A stretch of DNA of 63,198 bases, counting the filler, from Choristocarpus tenellus KU-1152 (taxonomy: Eukaryota > Protista > Phaeophyceae): NCBI GenBank assembly GCA_964200185.2. It is 13 parts of 13 records of this genome, joined end to end, with 100 filler letters (N's around TTAATTAATTAA, not from the genome) between each part and the next. Parts side by side here need not be neighbours in the genome. Positions count along the whole stretch, not along the records: positions 49,320 to 54,471 come from CAXNAD020011696.1; positions 54,572 to 58,092 come from CAXNAD020019477.1; positions 58,193 to 63,198 come from CAXNAD020012196.1; 10 more parts are not named here. One strand, written 5' to 3'. Below, in pieces: positions 51,691 to 63,198 of this stretch. The notes below the pieces were generated by a model. The model made no database searches and was not told where the DNA came from. It was given only the letters and a program-made list of their open reading frames with translations. Position 1 is the stretch's first letter, and every line of letters starts with the position of its first letter. The position numbers and the translations under genes were made by a program.

Positions 51691-53234
51691 CGTAAGAGAT
51701 AAATGGTATGCTTCTAACCAAGTTCGAACCTACAAAGGCGGTTACGGTTAAGGAGCTACAGGAAAGCATTGTAACAATCTGTTAAGACTCCTTGACTACA
51801 CTGCCTCAAGCCTCTAGGTTAACAAGTATGATGTCGCCTCTTGAGAGATGCGCCTGTTGTACAGGAACGGATTTGTCTTATTTTTGACAGGACTTGACAG
51901 ATAGATCGAACACGACGATTAGATTTTTCGCTCAAATACACATACAAACAACTACTGTAATGATGTTGGATATAGCTGCTAATGCCAGTTCTTCGCCATT
52001 GTATTATTCTGTCACTATTTCGAGCACATTCCTATAGCATCACCTCGCAGTAAGCTCACTCGGGAGTTACATCTAAGCTACTCAAAGCGCTGTGACTGTG
52101 GGTTTGTTTGTACCCCCATTATTACCGTTGAGGAAGCACACTGAAAAAAAATATTTTGAAGTAGACACAAAGTAACAGTAGTGCCTTTACCTGAAACAAA
52201 CGCTTGTCACACTTGAACCTGCATGTTGGTTGTCTTGTACAGAAATTTCTTGCTGGGAGCTCGGTTAACTTTCACGGTACAATATACGGGACAAAGTTGA
52301 CTTGACTGGGGGTGGGGGAGGGGGTGTTGTGAGGAACCTACATTTCGGAGGAGGGAGGGGATACGCAGAGCACATAGTGGAACAAAAAACAATATAAAAA
52401 TACTCTCAGGTAGGGGTATGTTTTGCTAATTTGTTCATAACATTGCTCTGTTCAACTGATGACGTACTGTACCTTGTTCTTCAAGACAGAAAAAATAAGT
52501 TACAACAGTATAGGCTCCCCTAACAGTGGGAAACTGTAGCGAGAGACTTGAACAGATTTTTTGAGGGAAAAGAGTGTATTCAACAGCTGTAAAAGTCTAC
52601 CCCGGATGGTGAAACCCAAACTGTAAAACCCCAAAACAGCTTTGGAGTGTAGGGCGGAATTCGAGCTATGAATTTTTGAGATAGCGGCTGTGTTGAAAGG
52701 AAGTTAGATTTACACTCTGTCCAAAGTTATCAATGGCACCAACGATCCTTGTCTGGCAACACTGCGTGCTTGGTCTCAAATCACAATCTTGCCTAGGCTC
52801 CTCTGCAGAAGTACATCATATGCATGATGCTCATACCTCAAAGTGTGTAACAGTATCACCCAAGTTGCTCTTCGCTGTGCCTACATGAGTCCTCTCCCCT
52901 AGTCACCAAACCGCTATGCACCAATCAGAGGTAGCGGGCTCCCCTCTTTACAACCAATCAGAACTTACAACTGAAAGCTGGGTGAACAAGATGTGTCTAT
53001 AATACCTCACACAACCAACCACAACCAACAGTCCAAGGTACTGGACGAGCCCCATACCTCAACACCCCCAACTGACACATAGCCCCAGGGGACAAAAACT
53101 CCGTAACACCTCGTAACATCCCGTAATATCTTGCAACACCTTGTACACACATTGGAGCAAATAGACACACAACAGTCTTATTCCGGCCTGGTATCTAAGC
53201 CTTTCTCCTTCGAATGGACGCAATGACTACTTCA

Positions 53235-53396
53235 CCAGTCAAGGTCTCGACCTCCCTGCCCCCCCTGTGCCCCGCTCTCGTACATCTCATCCACCGTCAG
53301 GGGTAGGTCTAGCTGCAGCTCCTTCAAGCGCCTCTCTTGGTAGTAGTCTTTTCGGTCTAGCGCCTTACTGTCTACCTCACACCACTCCAATGTTTT
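53235..53396 (-). CDS. Probable internal exon of an unidentified gene
   Basis: GC-rich frame KTLEWCEVDSKALDRKDYYQERRLKELQLDLPLTVDEMYE.. ending at a GTGAAGT donor; other candidate exons at 49-54 kb could not be joined. Confidence 0.4.
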
Positions 53397-54249
53397 CTTG
53401 AGACAGTCAGCCAGCCAGCCAGTCACATGTGCGCGCGCATTTGTTGAGGGGTCGGGAGGAAGGGGAGTTGTTAGAGATACGCAGGGATAGTGGAGATGGA
53501 GGTATGCTGCGGGTACTAGATATGTCCAAATCGGGGGCTTTTTTTTTCATTGAAAATTTTCACATGCATGTCAAATCCCCACGCACACTTCAGAAGTATT
53601 GACCAAGAGATGAGGAGATAGTTACTGTTGTGACAAACGAACACGAAGAGCCTGTGTTACATATAGAAAAACCTCCAAGTTCAGAACAATCGAACAACTA
53701 CTCCAAACTTCAGAAAGTACCCATTTATTTGCAGCACACGCAGTTGTATATATACATACATACATATATTTATATACATACTGGAGAGGGTCCATGTCTG
53801 TCTACCGGGGTCTACACAGCAAATAGAAACTACAAAAACTAGAAACATAAAAAAAGAAAAGTGCACATACAAACATTTTCTGTTGGTATGATTGGGGACT
53901 CAATCCAATGAAAATGCACAGGATGAGTCATAGGAAGGTGCTGCAGCCACAAATATACAATAAAAAACAAAATCTTTACATTGACCAAGCAGAGCTGATT
54001 CAGCTCACAGCTCCATTCCAGTGCCAGATACATGCATATATATATATATATTGCTGTGACAACTAAGAGAAATTTTGATGATATAAACTCCAAATACATG
54101 TACGTCAAAAGTACTACAGGGTATTTGAAGGTGTTTATACTGCAAATCAGCTCAATAACTAACACATCTATTCACGATGTAAGTACTTTAGATTCCTTGG
54201 GACAGATGATACACTACTCCCAAAGTACAATCAACAAAAATAGTATAGA

Positions 54250-54471
54250 GGCAAAAAGTATCTGGGGGGGGGAGGGTGGTGGTGGTGGTGGTGGTGGTGG
54301 TGGTGGCAGTTGTCCATTCAGGGTCCATTTTTCCATGTTGTGATACTTGTGTGATTCGGTTGCATGTGTCAGATAGACAATGTAAGTGCACTTCTCCTGG
54401 TCAGGGGCCAAAGGGACACGCTGGTGTAGGGGGGGGGGGGGGGGGGGGGGGGGCGGAGGGGGGGGGGGGGG
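54250..54471. mobile_element. MITE family A with (GGT)n expansion, cut by contig end
   Basis: Starts GGCAAAAAGTATCTGGGG and has the family core. Confidence 0.8.
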
Positions 54472-54571
54472 NNNNNNNNNNNNNNNNNNNNNNNNNNNNN
54501 NNNNNNNNNNNNNNNTTAATTAATTAANNNNNNNNNNNNNNNNNNNNNNNNNNNNNNNNNNNNNNNNNNNN

Positions 54572-55503
54572 TTTCTTGGCATGATCTTGGCTGCCTCCAG
54601 CTGCTCGTACTCTTGTCCTGATATGATTGAGGCGAATTACAAAATCGGCAGTATACTCCACTGACGAGCAGTACATGTCGCACAATTTCATCTCTGGAGC
54701 TATGAGCTGCATGGGTCGCTGACTCACAGCGCCCCCCCCATAGATCTGCTCTAATTCGAGACAGGCTCCCCTCCTGTCGGAGCTGCCTCCTCTCGTACGT
54801 GTTGACCATACAAGCTGACCACCATAGCTGCAGCACCTCTCATGGTCTGTCCCAGCAGGAACCACAAGGCTTCGCGATGCCTGACGTATTCATCGTACGC
54901 GCAGCGCTCCTTGAATGATGAATCAGCTCTGGGAGTTGCAGGAATGCGGTATGCTGATTGTAGGATGCAGTACAGTTTCTTGCCGCCCGCATAGCTCACC
55001 AGCGCCATCCGCCATTCTGCCCACTTCTCCCGTGTATGCCCCCGCGCTCTACTTCATAGTGGCAGCAGCATACGGGAGTCCGCTTACATACCAATGAGCC
55101 AATGAGGCTTATACCCTATTCCCTTGCGAAGGGGAATCGTGTGAGGCTCATAACCTATGCAAAAGAAACTATTCTGATAGTCTTTGCATTATGGAGTATG
55201 GATGTATTCATTAGCGGAGAGAGCACAGCCCTCGGTGGTGGGGGGGGTGCTCTCTCTTATTATCTTATTGATTGTGGCATATGTTAGCTGATACATCAGC
55301 TGACACATCAAAATGTGTCCTGCCGTTACATCGTACTATAGTCTTTGCATTATGGTGTATGGATGTATTCATTAGCGGAGAGAGCACAGCCCTCGGTGGT
55401 GGGGGGGTGCTCTCTCTTACTATCTTATTGATTATGGCATATGTTAGCTGATACATTAGCTGACGCATCAAAATATGTCCTGCCGTTACATCGTACTATG
55501 ACA
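54572..55503 (-). mobile_element. Ty1/Copia retrotransposon 5' end: LTR (55503-55158), PBS and decayed gag
   Basis: TGTCATAG...TTTTGCA LTR, then TA-GGTTATGAGCC, then KWAEWRMALVSYA..EALWFLLGQ..LELEQIYGG..DFVIRLNHIR (Copia gag-like). Confidence 0.75.
55145..55155 (-). promoter_or_regulatory. Copia primer-binding site (internal initiator-tRNA-Met half type)
   Basis: GGTTATGAGCC two bases after the LTR-terminal CA; resembles the GGTTATGGGCC PBS of copia-type elements. Confidence 0.7.
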
Positions 55504-55952
55504 CTTATCCTGTGTAGATATATACTATGTTAGTAATCCTCCATCAATCCATTTATATTAAGTAATAAGAAATCAATCATCTGAGATTCGAGCCCATTAC
55601 TCTAAGCACACAAACACAAGTCAACTACACTTGTTCCACTTAGTCAACATACCTGTTGTCTACTAGGGGTCACTACACACCTATAAACCAAATAGACTAC
55701 CAGCCTATATTGCACAGGGATTTTTTCTCAAAATACGTCGGCCGACGTTTGATGAAAATTGGAGGCAGTTGAAAAGCGAATCTTGATTAATTTTTTATTT
55801 CCGAAACAGTGTGGTTAGGGGGGGATACTTTCTTCCTTGGAAAAAAAAAGTCGTGCTATAAAAATACGTTCTGTTGGACGGGATATGGAAATTAAAAATG
55901 GTTGAGATACAAAACTTGATTGATTAATGTTCTTTGGAATGTGCATGTGGTT

Positions 55953-56500
55953 GGGGATCATGTACTCCTTCTTTAACACGTTAACACGAGCAGCGAACTG
56001 CTGCGGTGAGTGACGAGAATTGGCTACAGAGGAGAGGGGTTCGCTCTGTTGGTGAATCCTAAAATGATGACAAAAATTCCGAATGGGTGATGTGCAATAC
56101 TCGAAAGAAATTATTACTTTTGAATAAAAAAAAAACACTGGGGATCATGCATAACTTCAACATGTCAACACGGGCAGCGGACTGCTGCAGTGACGAGAAT
56201 TGGCTACAGAGGAGAGTGGCTTCTTCTGTTGGTGAACCTAAAATGATGTAGATAATTCCCAATGGGTGAGATCGAATTCTAGAAAGAAGTATTACTTTTG
56301 AATGGAAAAAAACACTGGGGATCATGTATTCCTTCTTCAACAACGTGTTAACACGGGCAACGAACTGCTGCGGGAAGTGACAAGAATTGGCTACAGAGGG
56401 CAGTGGTTTCCTCTGTTGGTGAAACCTAAAATAAAGTCTAAAATTCCGAATGGGTGATGTGCAATTCTTGAAAGAAATCATTACTCGTTGGAATGAAAAA
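55953..56500. repeat. Tandem repeat, ~180-187-bp unit, three copies plus a decayed fourth to ~56630
   Basis: GGGATCATG..AACACG..ACTGCTGC..GAATTGGCTACAGAGG..AATGGGTGA recurs at ~55953, ~56140 and ~56317. Confidence 0.9.
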
Positions 56501-56634
56501 AATCGGATATGGTTATCTGTTCCTTTCCACAATAACAAATAACATGAGTGGTGAAGTGCTGCGGGTTGTGATCAGAGTTGGCTACGGGGAAGATTGGCTT
56601 CTTATGTACATCAACATAAAAATGTGATATAGGA

Positions 56635-56890
56635 GAGTCAAAGTATCTTAGAGGATAGAGTCACGTCCATTTTGGGCCCAAAACCCAATGTTGCGATTTT
56701 GATGTAGTTTTGGCTATCGTGTTTGTGAGGAAGTGTCAATATCCTTGTTCCGAACGCACCTTTTCATAATACATATTTTACCTACTCCGAAACGTTTCGG
56801 AGTAGGAAACTGTCATAAAAATACTGTGGGAAGTCAAGTCCCAAATGGACAAACCGCGCAAAACTCGTACCCTCTAAGATACTTTCACTC
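56635..56890. mobile_element. MITE family B, TSD GGA
   Basis: GGA|GAGTCAAAGTATCTTAGAGG ... CCTCTAAGATACTTTCACTC|GGA. Confidence 0.9.
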
Positions 56891-59529
56891 GGAGTTAGGG
56901 CAACGATTTTAACAACTATGTTTGTGAGGGGGCATACGATCTGTGAACAAATAATTCACTTGGTGAACTCTGTAGACCTTGAGAAGATTTTCTAACAAGA
57001 CTGTGTGGAATCGGTCATCAAGGTTTATGCCAGGGATATGATGTCATGCAAATGAAGAAGAAATGCGCAATGCGGTGATGGACGTTTAGAAAGGGCTGTA
57101 GCAAAGGACGGGTAAATGGTGTGCATGTTGTTCTCAGGGAAGAACAGCACAAACGCTGTTTTTATAAACTTCGACAATTGTAATAACCGTTTCAGAATTT
57201 GGGAGGAGAGGGGGAGAGAGTGGTGCACATGGTGGCTGGCATCATCGACAATACCAGAGATGCGTATAATATTAAATCCCAACCGTTCAAAATAATGGTG
57301 ACTTATGATTTCGTTTACATGCGTCGATTTCGTGCGAGTCTAGGTGTTAGCGGGGCTGCAATAGTATGCCCATTTCTCTCACGAGCTGTTTAAAGGAACA
57401 ACATGGTCTCAAAATGTGGGGAATGACCACGTTGACCTTATAGTTTTGCGGAGAGTTTCTTGGTGCGATGTAATGTTCCATAAGAATAGGTTGCATAATG
57501 ATGGATGAGTGTGTGTTCTGGCGAGGAATATGGCGATTTCCTGTGGGGGTGTTATTGTGCTTAAAGCACCATGCATTGGTTGCGGGTAGCAATGGTGTAG
57601 GCAGTGTTGCATACAGCATGGTTGAGAGAAATAAGATGGGTGTGTGGTTATGCTATAACCCCGTGCACAGACCCTACCATGTTCGGATGGTGGATACATT
57701 ATGGTGTTGACCATGCCTCTGAAATATGATGTCGAGGGTGGAATAACACAGTCAGAGCTATTTCGGGATGAACAATTGCCCAATCCTACGGAGACGCCAA
57801 TAAAGATTGGTATATATTGTGATCAGCGGGTTTTATGTAACATATTGTGAATGTGCGACTGAATGCGTTGGGGGAAAGATCGGGTGGTAAAATCGATACA
57901 GTGCCGCGTCGAACTTGTGACAGCAACATGCCAAGGACAGATGTCCAACGATCGTCCTTTCCCATACCCATCTTCCTACGCCAATATGAGGTGCTTGCTT
58001 CAATATAAACGAATTCGGAAAGAGTACACAAGCCTGACATTCTTAGCCTCTAAACGTTTGTAGGACGAGGAGGAGGGTCAAAGTATCTTGGGNNNNNNNN
58101 NNNNNNNNNNNNNNNNNNNNNNNNNNNNNNNNNNNNTTAATTAATTAANNNNNNNNNNNNNNNNNNNNNNNNNNNNNNNNNNNNNNNNNNNNATTCAAAA
58201 AGGGGCCCTTGTAAAGTGCCACAACATTTACAAAAAAGAACATATCGGCACTTTTTCCGCATCATTTTCGGTCAAAACCATCCTCAATTTTTTAAATCCA
58301 CTGTTAAATCTTGATTTGTACATCGCTCCTCAACATTGAGTTGTACTCAGTACATGATTTCTGGTACAAGAATTCCTGGTTATAAACGATTTGTACATCT
58401 TCACACCACTCCTCCAATCTTCACATACAATTACTTGTACATAGTTTTTCCTTAGAAATTTTTCTGGCGTGTATCTCCCTGAAAAACCAAACAAGAACGG
58501 CGTGAAATATATACATGCTACCTCGTGGCATCACCTCTTTCTGGTAAAAAAAATGCCTTCGTTATGTTTGGAAATCAGGTTGAAGTTGACGATTTGGTCG
58601 AGTGAAGGTATGTTGCATTGCTGAAGTTGTGTATCTTCATGTTTGTACGTTGATATAGTAGGATCGTTGAACTTGATCGTCCAGTTAGTTGTAGAATGTG
58701 CAGGATAATTGCAGAAACTCGGAAATGACACTCCAGGAGTCAAAACTCAACATGCAATATGATTAATTTGTTCATCAGGGGACGGGAGGACACCTCCGTC
58801 TATTTTTTAATCGTTTGACCAAGAAAACATATGTGAAGTAAACACTCGTTGTAATCACCAAAATCATTTTTTTTATATTACCAACGCCAATAATGTTGAA
58901 CTATGGCTTGATTAGGACCAGAAGAAATTGTAAGGTTGTGTCCTTTAAAACATGTAGAACACGAAATTCGTGAATAGGTGATAATTCAGTCTCAGAAGCT
59001 CCTTTTTTTCTTGATACTCTACAATAATAGATCAATTTGATGGAATATAACAGATTCTCACTGTCGCCAATAAATGCTAAGAGAACGATTTTTTACTGAT
59101 GTCATATTAGTCATGATGATGCGTACACTCATTTCTTATTTTAGTTACCCAATCTAATTATATAGATGAAGTCATATTGTAGACATGTGTCAATACGTCC
59201 GATAAAAAGTCATGTTCGCCTAATCAGATTGTATCAACACTACCGTATGGAATAGTCCTGGAATGTGCTGGACAGTATCCTGACATTGACATGTCCAACA
59301 GGTCCTCTACTCTTCAGGAGGAACCAGTGGTTACCACCCCCCACTCTGATTCGTCAGTATCATTTGACGAGTCTACACATTTTTATTGTTATTATTATGC
59401 CCTTCTTTGACGTTTGTAGATGTATCAATGGAAAAACTAATGGAAACTTTTAACATTTCAGAAAAATCCCAATAGAAGTAATAATTGTTTCAAATGTGAA
59501 AAGCATTAATCTCTTTGCTATTTTAATAC

Positions 59530-59905
59530 CATGTTGTACCACAGCTTTCCTGTGTCTCTAACCTACCTATTCCTGCACCCCAGGGTGAGGAGCTAGGGAA
59601 GCATCTATCTCAAGAATCTAACAAGCCCTTCCTTGCCCATCTCCCTGGTGACTCCAGCTTAATAGCATGACATGTCTAGGCAGGACCACATGCGTTGTTA
59701 CAGAGACTATTTGTCGTAAGCTGGATCTGACCGCCCCTTTCCTGCCATAGCAGCATCCAGTTCCTCTCCTTCCTACTGTGTGCGTAGCTACCTCCTCAGG
59801 AAACGTTCCGCTTGCTTGGCGAAGCGCCCAAAACTTTCCACCGTTAAGGTGTTGAGGTTGTAACTACGAGGATCAAAAGAGCTCACATTGTCACATTTGG
59901 TAGTG
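59530..59905 (-). mobile_element. CRE-like 3' fragment
   Basis: Reverse match to 9910-10260 (SFDPRSYNLNTLTVESFGRFAKQAERF..). Confidence 0.8.
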
Positions 59906-60188
59906 TATTTAGATGTGAATGGATATTACTTTGTCAATACTGTTGTGAAGAATAGTATTGAAGTACTTCATAAGGAACCAACCCTCTTTACACATTCACT
60001 TCAACACAAGTCTGATCCGTAAAAAACGTTTAAGTTTTCTGTGATATTACGGGACGAACGACCCTACAACCAAACCAAGTTGTTGGTTAGCCGTTTTCAG
60101 CCCGTTTCACCGTTTGTTAGTTTTGTTCCAATCATACCTCTACTGGTGGGGTTTTGCACACTTCATCAACGCCTGGGGAGGCCTAGAG

Positions 60189-61057
60189 ATGGATGAAGAG
60201 GTGAAGTTTCAGGAGTGCAGTCACAGTTTTGTATACACAGAGCCTGCGATGGAGACCCTTCCTTGGTGGAAGCTTGGTAGACCCTGTCAAAACCACAAGC
60301 GATCAAGTCGTCTGAACGATATCTCCAACGCCTACATCCCTGCATATCCCAATGCTCTGTTCTACGGAGCAAATGATTGGCTTGGCAAGACCGATGAGAG
60401 TGATGAAGGTTGCCAGGGACGGGTCCCCTTTATCTACTCTTCTCCTGGTCAGTTGGTTTTATCCCAGGAGAAACTACCGTCCTCACATGATCCAGGTCGT
60501 TGCCATTCCAATGATCGAGAATCAGAGAGCGCACGAAGATCGATTGACCATGGGGCAGTTGGTTCTTCATTTTCTTCCCCTGTGACCTCTGGGGAGAAGG
60601 AAGAGCTAGTAGTTGTGTCCGGTGAAGCTGGAAATGGTATGACCAAGGTTTACCCCAGCCCTCGTGTAGAGTGCAGTTTGGAGTGTCACTGGAAGAATGA
60701 GGGTCCCGCTACGAGGAGGTGTGGATGTAAGGCGCAAAACACAGTACCATTATCGTGTGAGGATTGGGTGAATTCCGCACCATCGACTCTGAAAACACCA
60801 GCGAGCCATTCGATGCGCGCAACTGACAGTTGGTACCCGTCTGGCCCACACAACCGCGATGAACGTGAGCACCACCACTCTCCTTATTTCCAGACTCCAG
60901 TCGGTGTCAAACTGCTGCACGATATTCTTGTAGTGGATCGTGGAGGTGGAAAGTGTGACACAACGGTGGTTCGTTTTGCAGTAGATGCACGGGAGGAGGT
61001 CCCAACGCGCTATCTGCGCACGGTTGCAGCTGGCGAAACTGAATTTCTGGCGAGGAA
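60189..61057 (+). CDS. First or large exon of an unknown protein
   Basis: About 290 open codons from ATG 60189 to an AA|GTGAGT donor; ordered-looking end TPVGVKLLHDILVVD..RFAVD..VPTRYLRT..GETEFLARK. Confidence 0.6.
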
Positions 61058-62887
61058 GTGAGTGGAGAAGGGGATACTAGCATGGTTGTAATGTGTGCCT
61101 CTCATCCTTCCCATTGATTCAGATCCTTGCCTACCCCCCAGGCACCTAATTCCAGACCCTGTAACTATACACAGTCAATCATAGCCACAACCCTGGGAAA
61201 TTTGCTTCTTGCGTACGTGCCAAAGGTTTATGTCTGATTCCAAAGTCGTGCTGATGTAAAGTTGGCGAAGACTAGTATTATAATTCCGGTATGTGGGGGT
61301 GGGAAGCTGGGAAAAGTGATCTGGGTCTGATATGCCCGGACTTTAGCTGTCTCATCCACTTTCTGAACACATTACGTGCCATGAGACCCCATCTACCTTG
61401 CCATCACCTTCTCACACAAATACCTCTGAATATCCTGCCTCTCTTCTTGGGTGTATCACTCGAGTTTTGTAACCATTCTCTTATATATCCTGCCACAATA
61501 AATTTATAATTCTTATCAGGGGTTTTGCATCTGGACTTGTCACCCACTTCCTCCAGGAGACCAACACGGAATTCAAGTGCCTTCAGGTAGGCGAAAGTCT
61601 GTGGGGGACAGACACTCCCACTTTTTTACACCCCTTGTGTTCCACTATTTGGTACCCTGCTGGTGTGAGCATAACCAGATGGGGCTATACACACATGTGC
61701 AGTCAGGGCACTGTTCATAGAGGAGAGCATCGTGCTTGATGAAAGAGAGAAGAAAATCAACAGTATCATAGTCCATTTATTGAAGAAACTATTATGGACC
61801 AATTCAGCTCCTTCTTATCCCTGCCTCTATGATAAATCCTTAAAACTAACATGATCTTACCCCTGTCCTCTCCAACATTGCCAGGGGAGTACTGCTCAGG
61901 GAATGGAAGACGAGCAATTGCAGACGGCGGCATGCCGATTACTGGATGTTTTCCACCCTGCTGTGGAGCAGCTACAACATCAGGAAGCTGCTCAAGTCTC
62001 ACTTGACTCCATGTTCGAGGGACAGGATGCTTCTGGACCCTACGCAGTTCGGTTCGAGGTCAACATTACCAGGTAATTTATTGCACTTGTAGGGCATCTT
62101 GAACCATCACCTAATGGTGGATATATACTACTCTGAAGCATAAATGTCTGCCGAATTCCGCATCTCATGGATATGCAATACCTAGGGAATACGTACAAGG
62201 CAAAAAAATTACGGTGATACCTTACTAATGCCGCTGTCTTGGTTGAAATTTTTGTCTCAATCGTTCCCGAATTTATCTCCTTCACCGTTGTGTGCTGTTG
62301 CTGTTGATACGTCCCTCTTTTTTTTTCGTAGTCGTTTAACTTCTAGTTATTTCTCAGGTTCTATTCTCATTGGCCCATTTTGTGCTTGGTAGGGGTTCCT
62401 CCTTGAGCGTGTTCTCCTGACACTACCTTCCTCAGTCATCACTTGATGCATCATCAGCCTCAAGACGAGGCCTGGTGACCCGTCCCTTTCTATTATCTAA
62501 TCGTCAGATGCGTGTATGTCGCCTTTTCATGACTGGAAGTGGCATAAATGTTACCTGTGTAGGTACTACTCCAGCAGGACGCAGAATGTGTTCGGACATA
62601 TGCAGGGAACATAGTGTGGCACAGGATATGGTTAAGGAGTCGTCACGGTGTTGGAAACCTTTGCTTTTTATTTCAACTATTTATCTCTCGCATGTGGCAA
62701 TAATTATTCTTACATCTAGGATGTGTAGAAGAAATAAATTCATTTTATATCTCTGCAGGATGTCAGGCGGAAAAGGCGTAGGTGTAGGTAGCTGTTGAGG
62801 CGGCACAAATCTCCTCACACTCTCCCCCTCCCCCCAAGCTTTCACGCCTTCCTGACTTGTATGACTGGATACCCCCACGTGCGTCAG

Positions 62888-63198
62888 GTGTCACCCGGAG
62901 GATGCAGAGGAGAGCGAAACAAGCGGACTGGCAGAGTGTGCCCCTGCTATTTGGATGGCCCTTGAAGAAGCTGAGGTGGTGGAAGATTCTGCCCACGAAG
63001 TTGTGTTTGTTGGAAGGCCAATGTGGGAGCTGGTTTTGCCCCCGAAGGTGGTGGCTCAGGGAGTGCCGTCACCTCTGCCAAAAGCGGAGGAACCTGAGGG
63101 AGGCCGTAGGAGGGTTTGCTGGGAAGAGAAGGGGGAGAGTGGCGCTGGGGGGGGGAGGGAATCGCTCAGTGCAGTTGACCCAGTGTTGGACGAGGACC
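62888..63198 (+). CDS. Probable downstream exon running off the window end
   Basis: TCAG acceptor then open frame CHPEDAEESETSGLAECAPAIWMALEEAEVVED.. Confidence 0.4.

Noticed and set aside
55578-55650. tRNA/SINE-like A and B boxes on the minus strand
   Set aside because: No cloverleaf and no second copy in the window.
59300-59370. Ulp1-like protease motif (NQSGGGNHWFLL, minus strand)
   Set aside because: Could not find the downstream Asp and QxxxxDCG motifs; region full of stops.

Overview
Eukaryotic, intron-rich, repeat-rich draft genome sequence. TTAGGG-type repeats and gene style suggest a stramenopile or brown-algal-like host, but this is inference only. The window is 13 short contigs joined by 12 artificial 100-bp linkers (44 N + TTAATTAATTAA + 44 N), so adjacency across linkers means nothing. 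Recognisable host genes: a spliced class IV PLP aminotransferase-like gene (1369-4411, 3' end missing), pescadillo/PES1 (minus strand, 6 exons seen, first intron GC-AG) head-to-head with an SLC25A39/40 (Mtm1)-like mitochondrial carrier, a complete but atypical tRNA-Gln(TTG), and several unassignable exons. Most of the rest is mobile DNA: a CRE-like RLE non-LTR retrotransposon with a cluster of its own 3' tails (one forms a ~1 kb tail-to-tail palindrome), a full-length plant-type (DD39D-like) mariner with TIRs and TA TSD interrupted by a MITE, a decayed Gypsy pol, a Copia 5' LTR/PBS/gag, and three MITE families, two of which share termini and make 3-bp TSDs. Best leads: a CCA-bearing tRNA-Ser 3' half between 19-bp hairpin direct repeats at the window start, the retrotransposon tail cluster, the U1-A72 tRNA-Gln, and the paired MITE families. 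No CRISPR array, rRNA or prokaryotic operon was seen, and I cannot claim a clearly novel multi-gene system.
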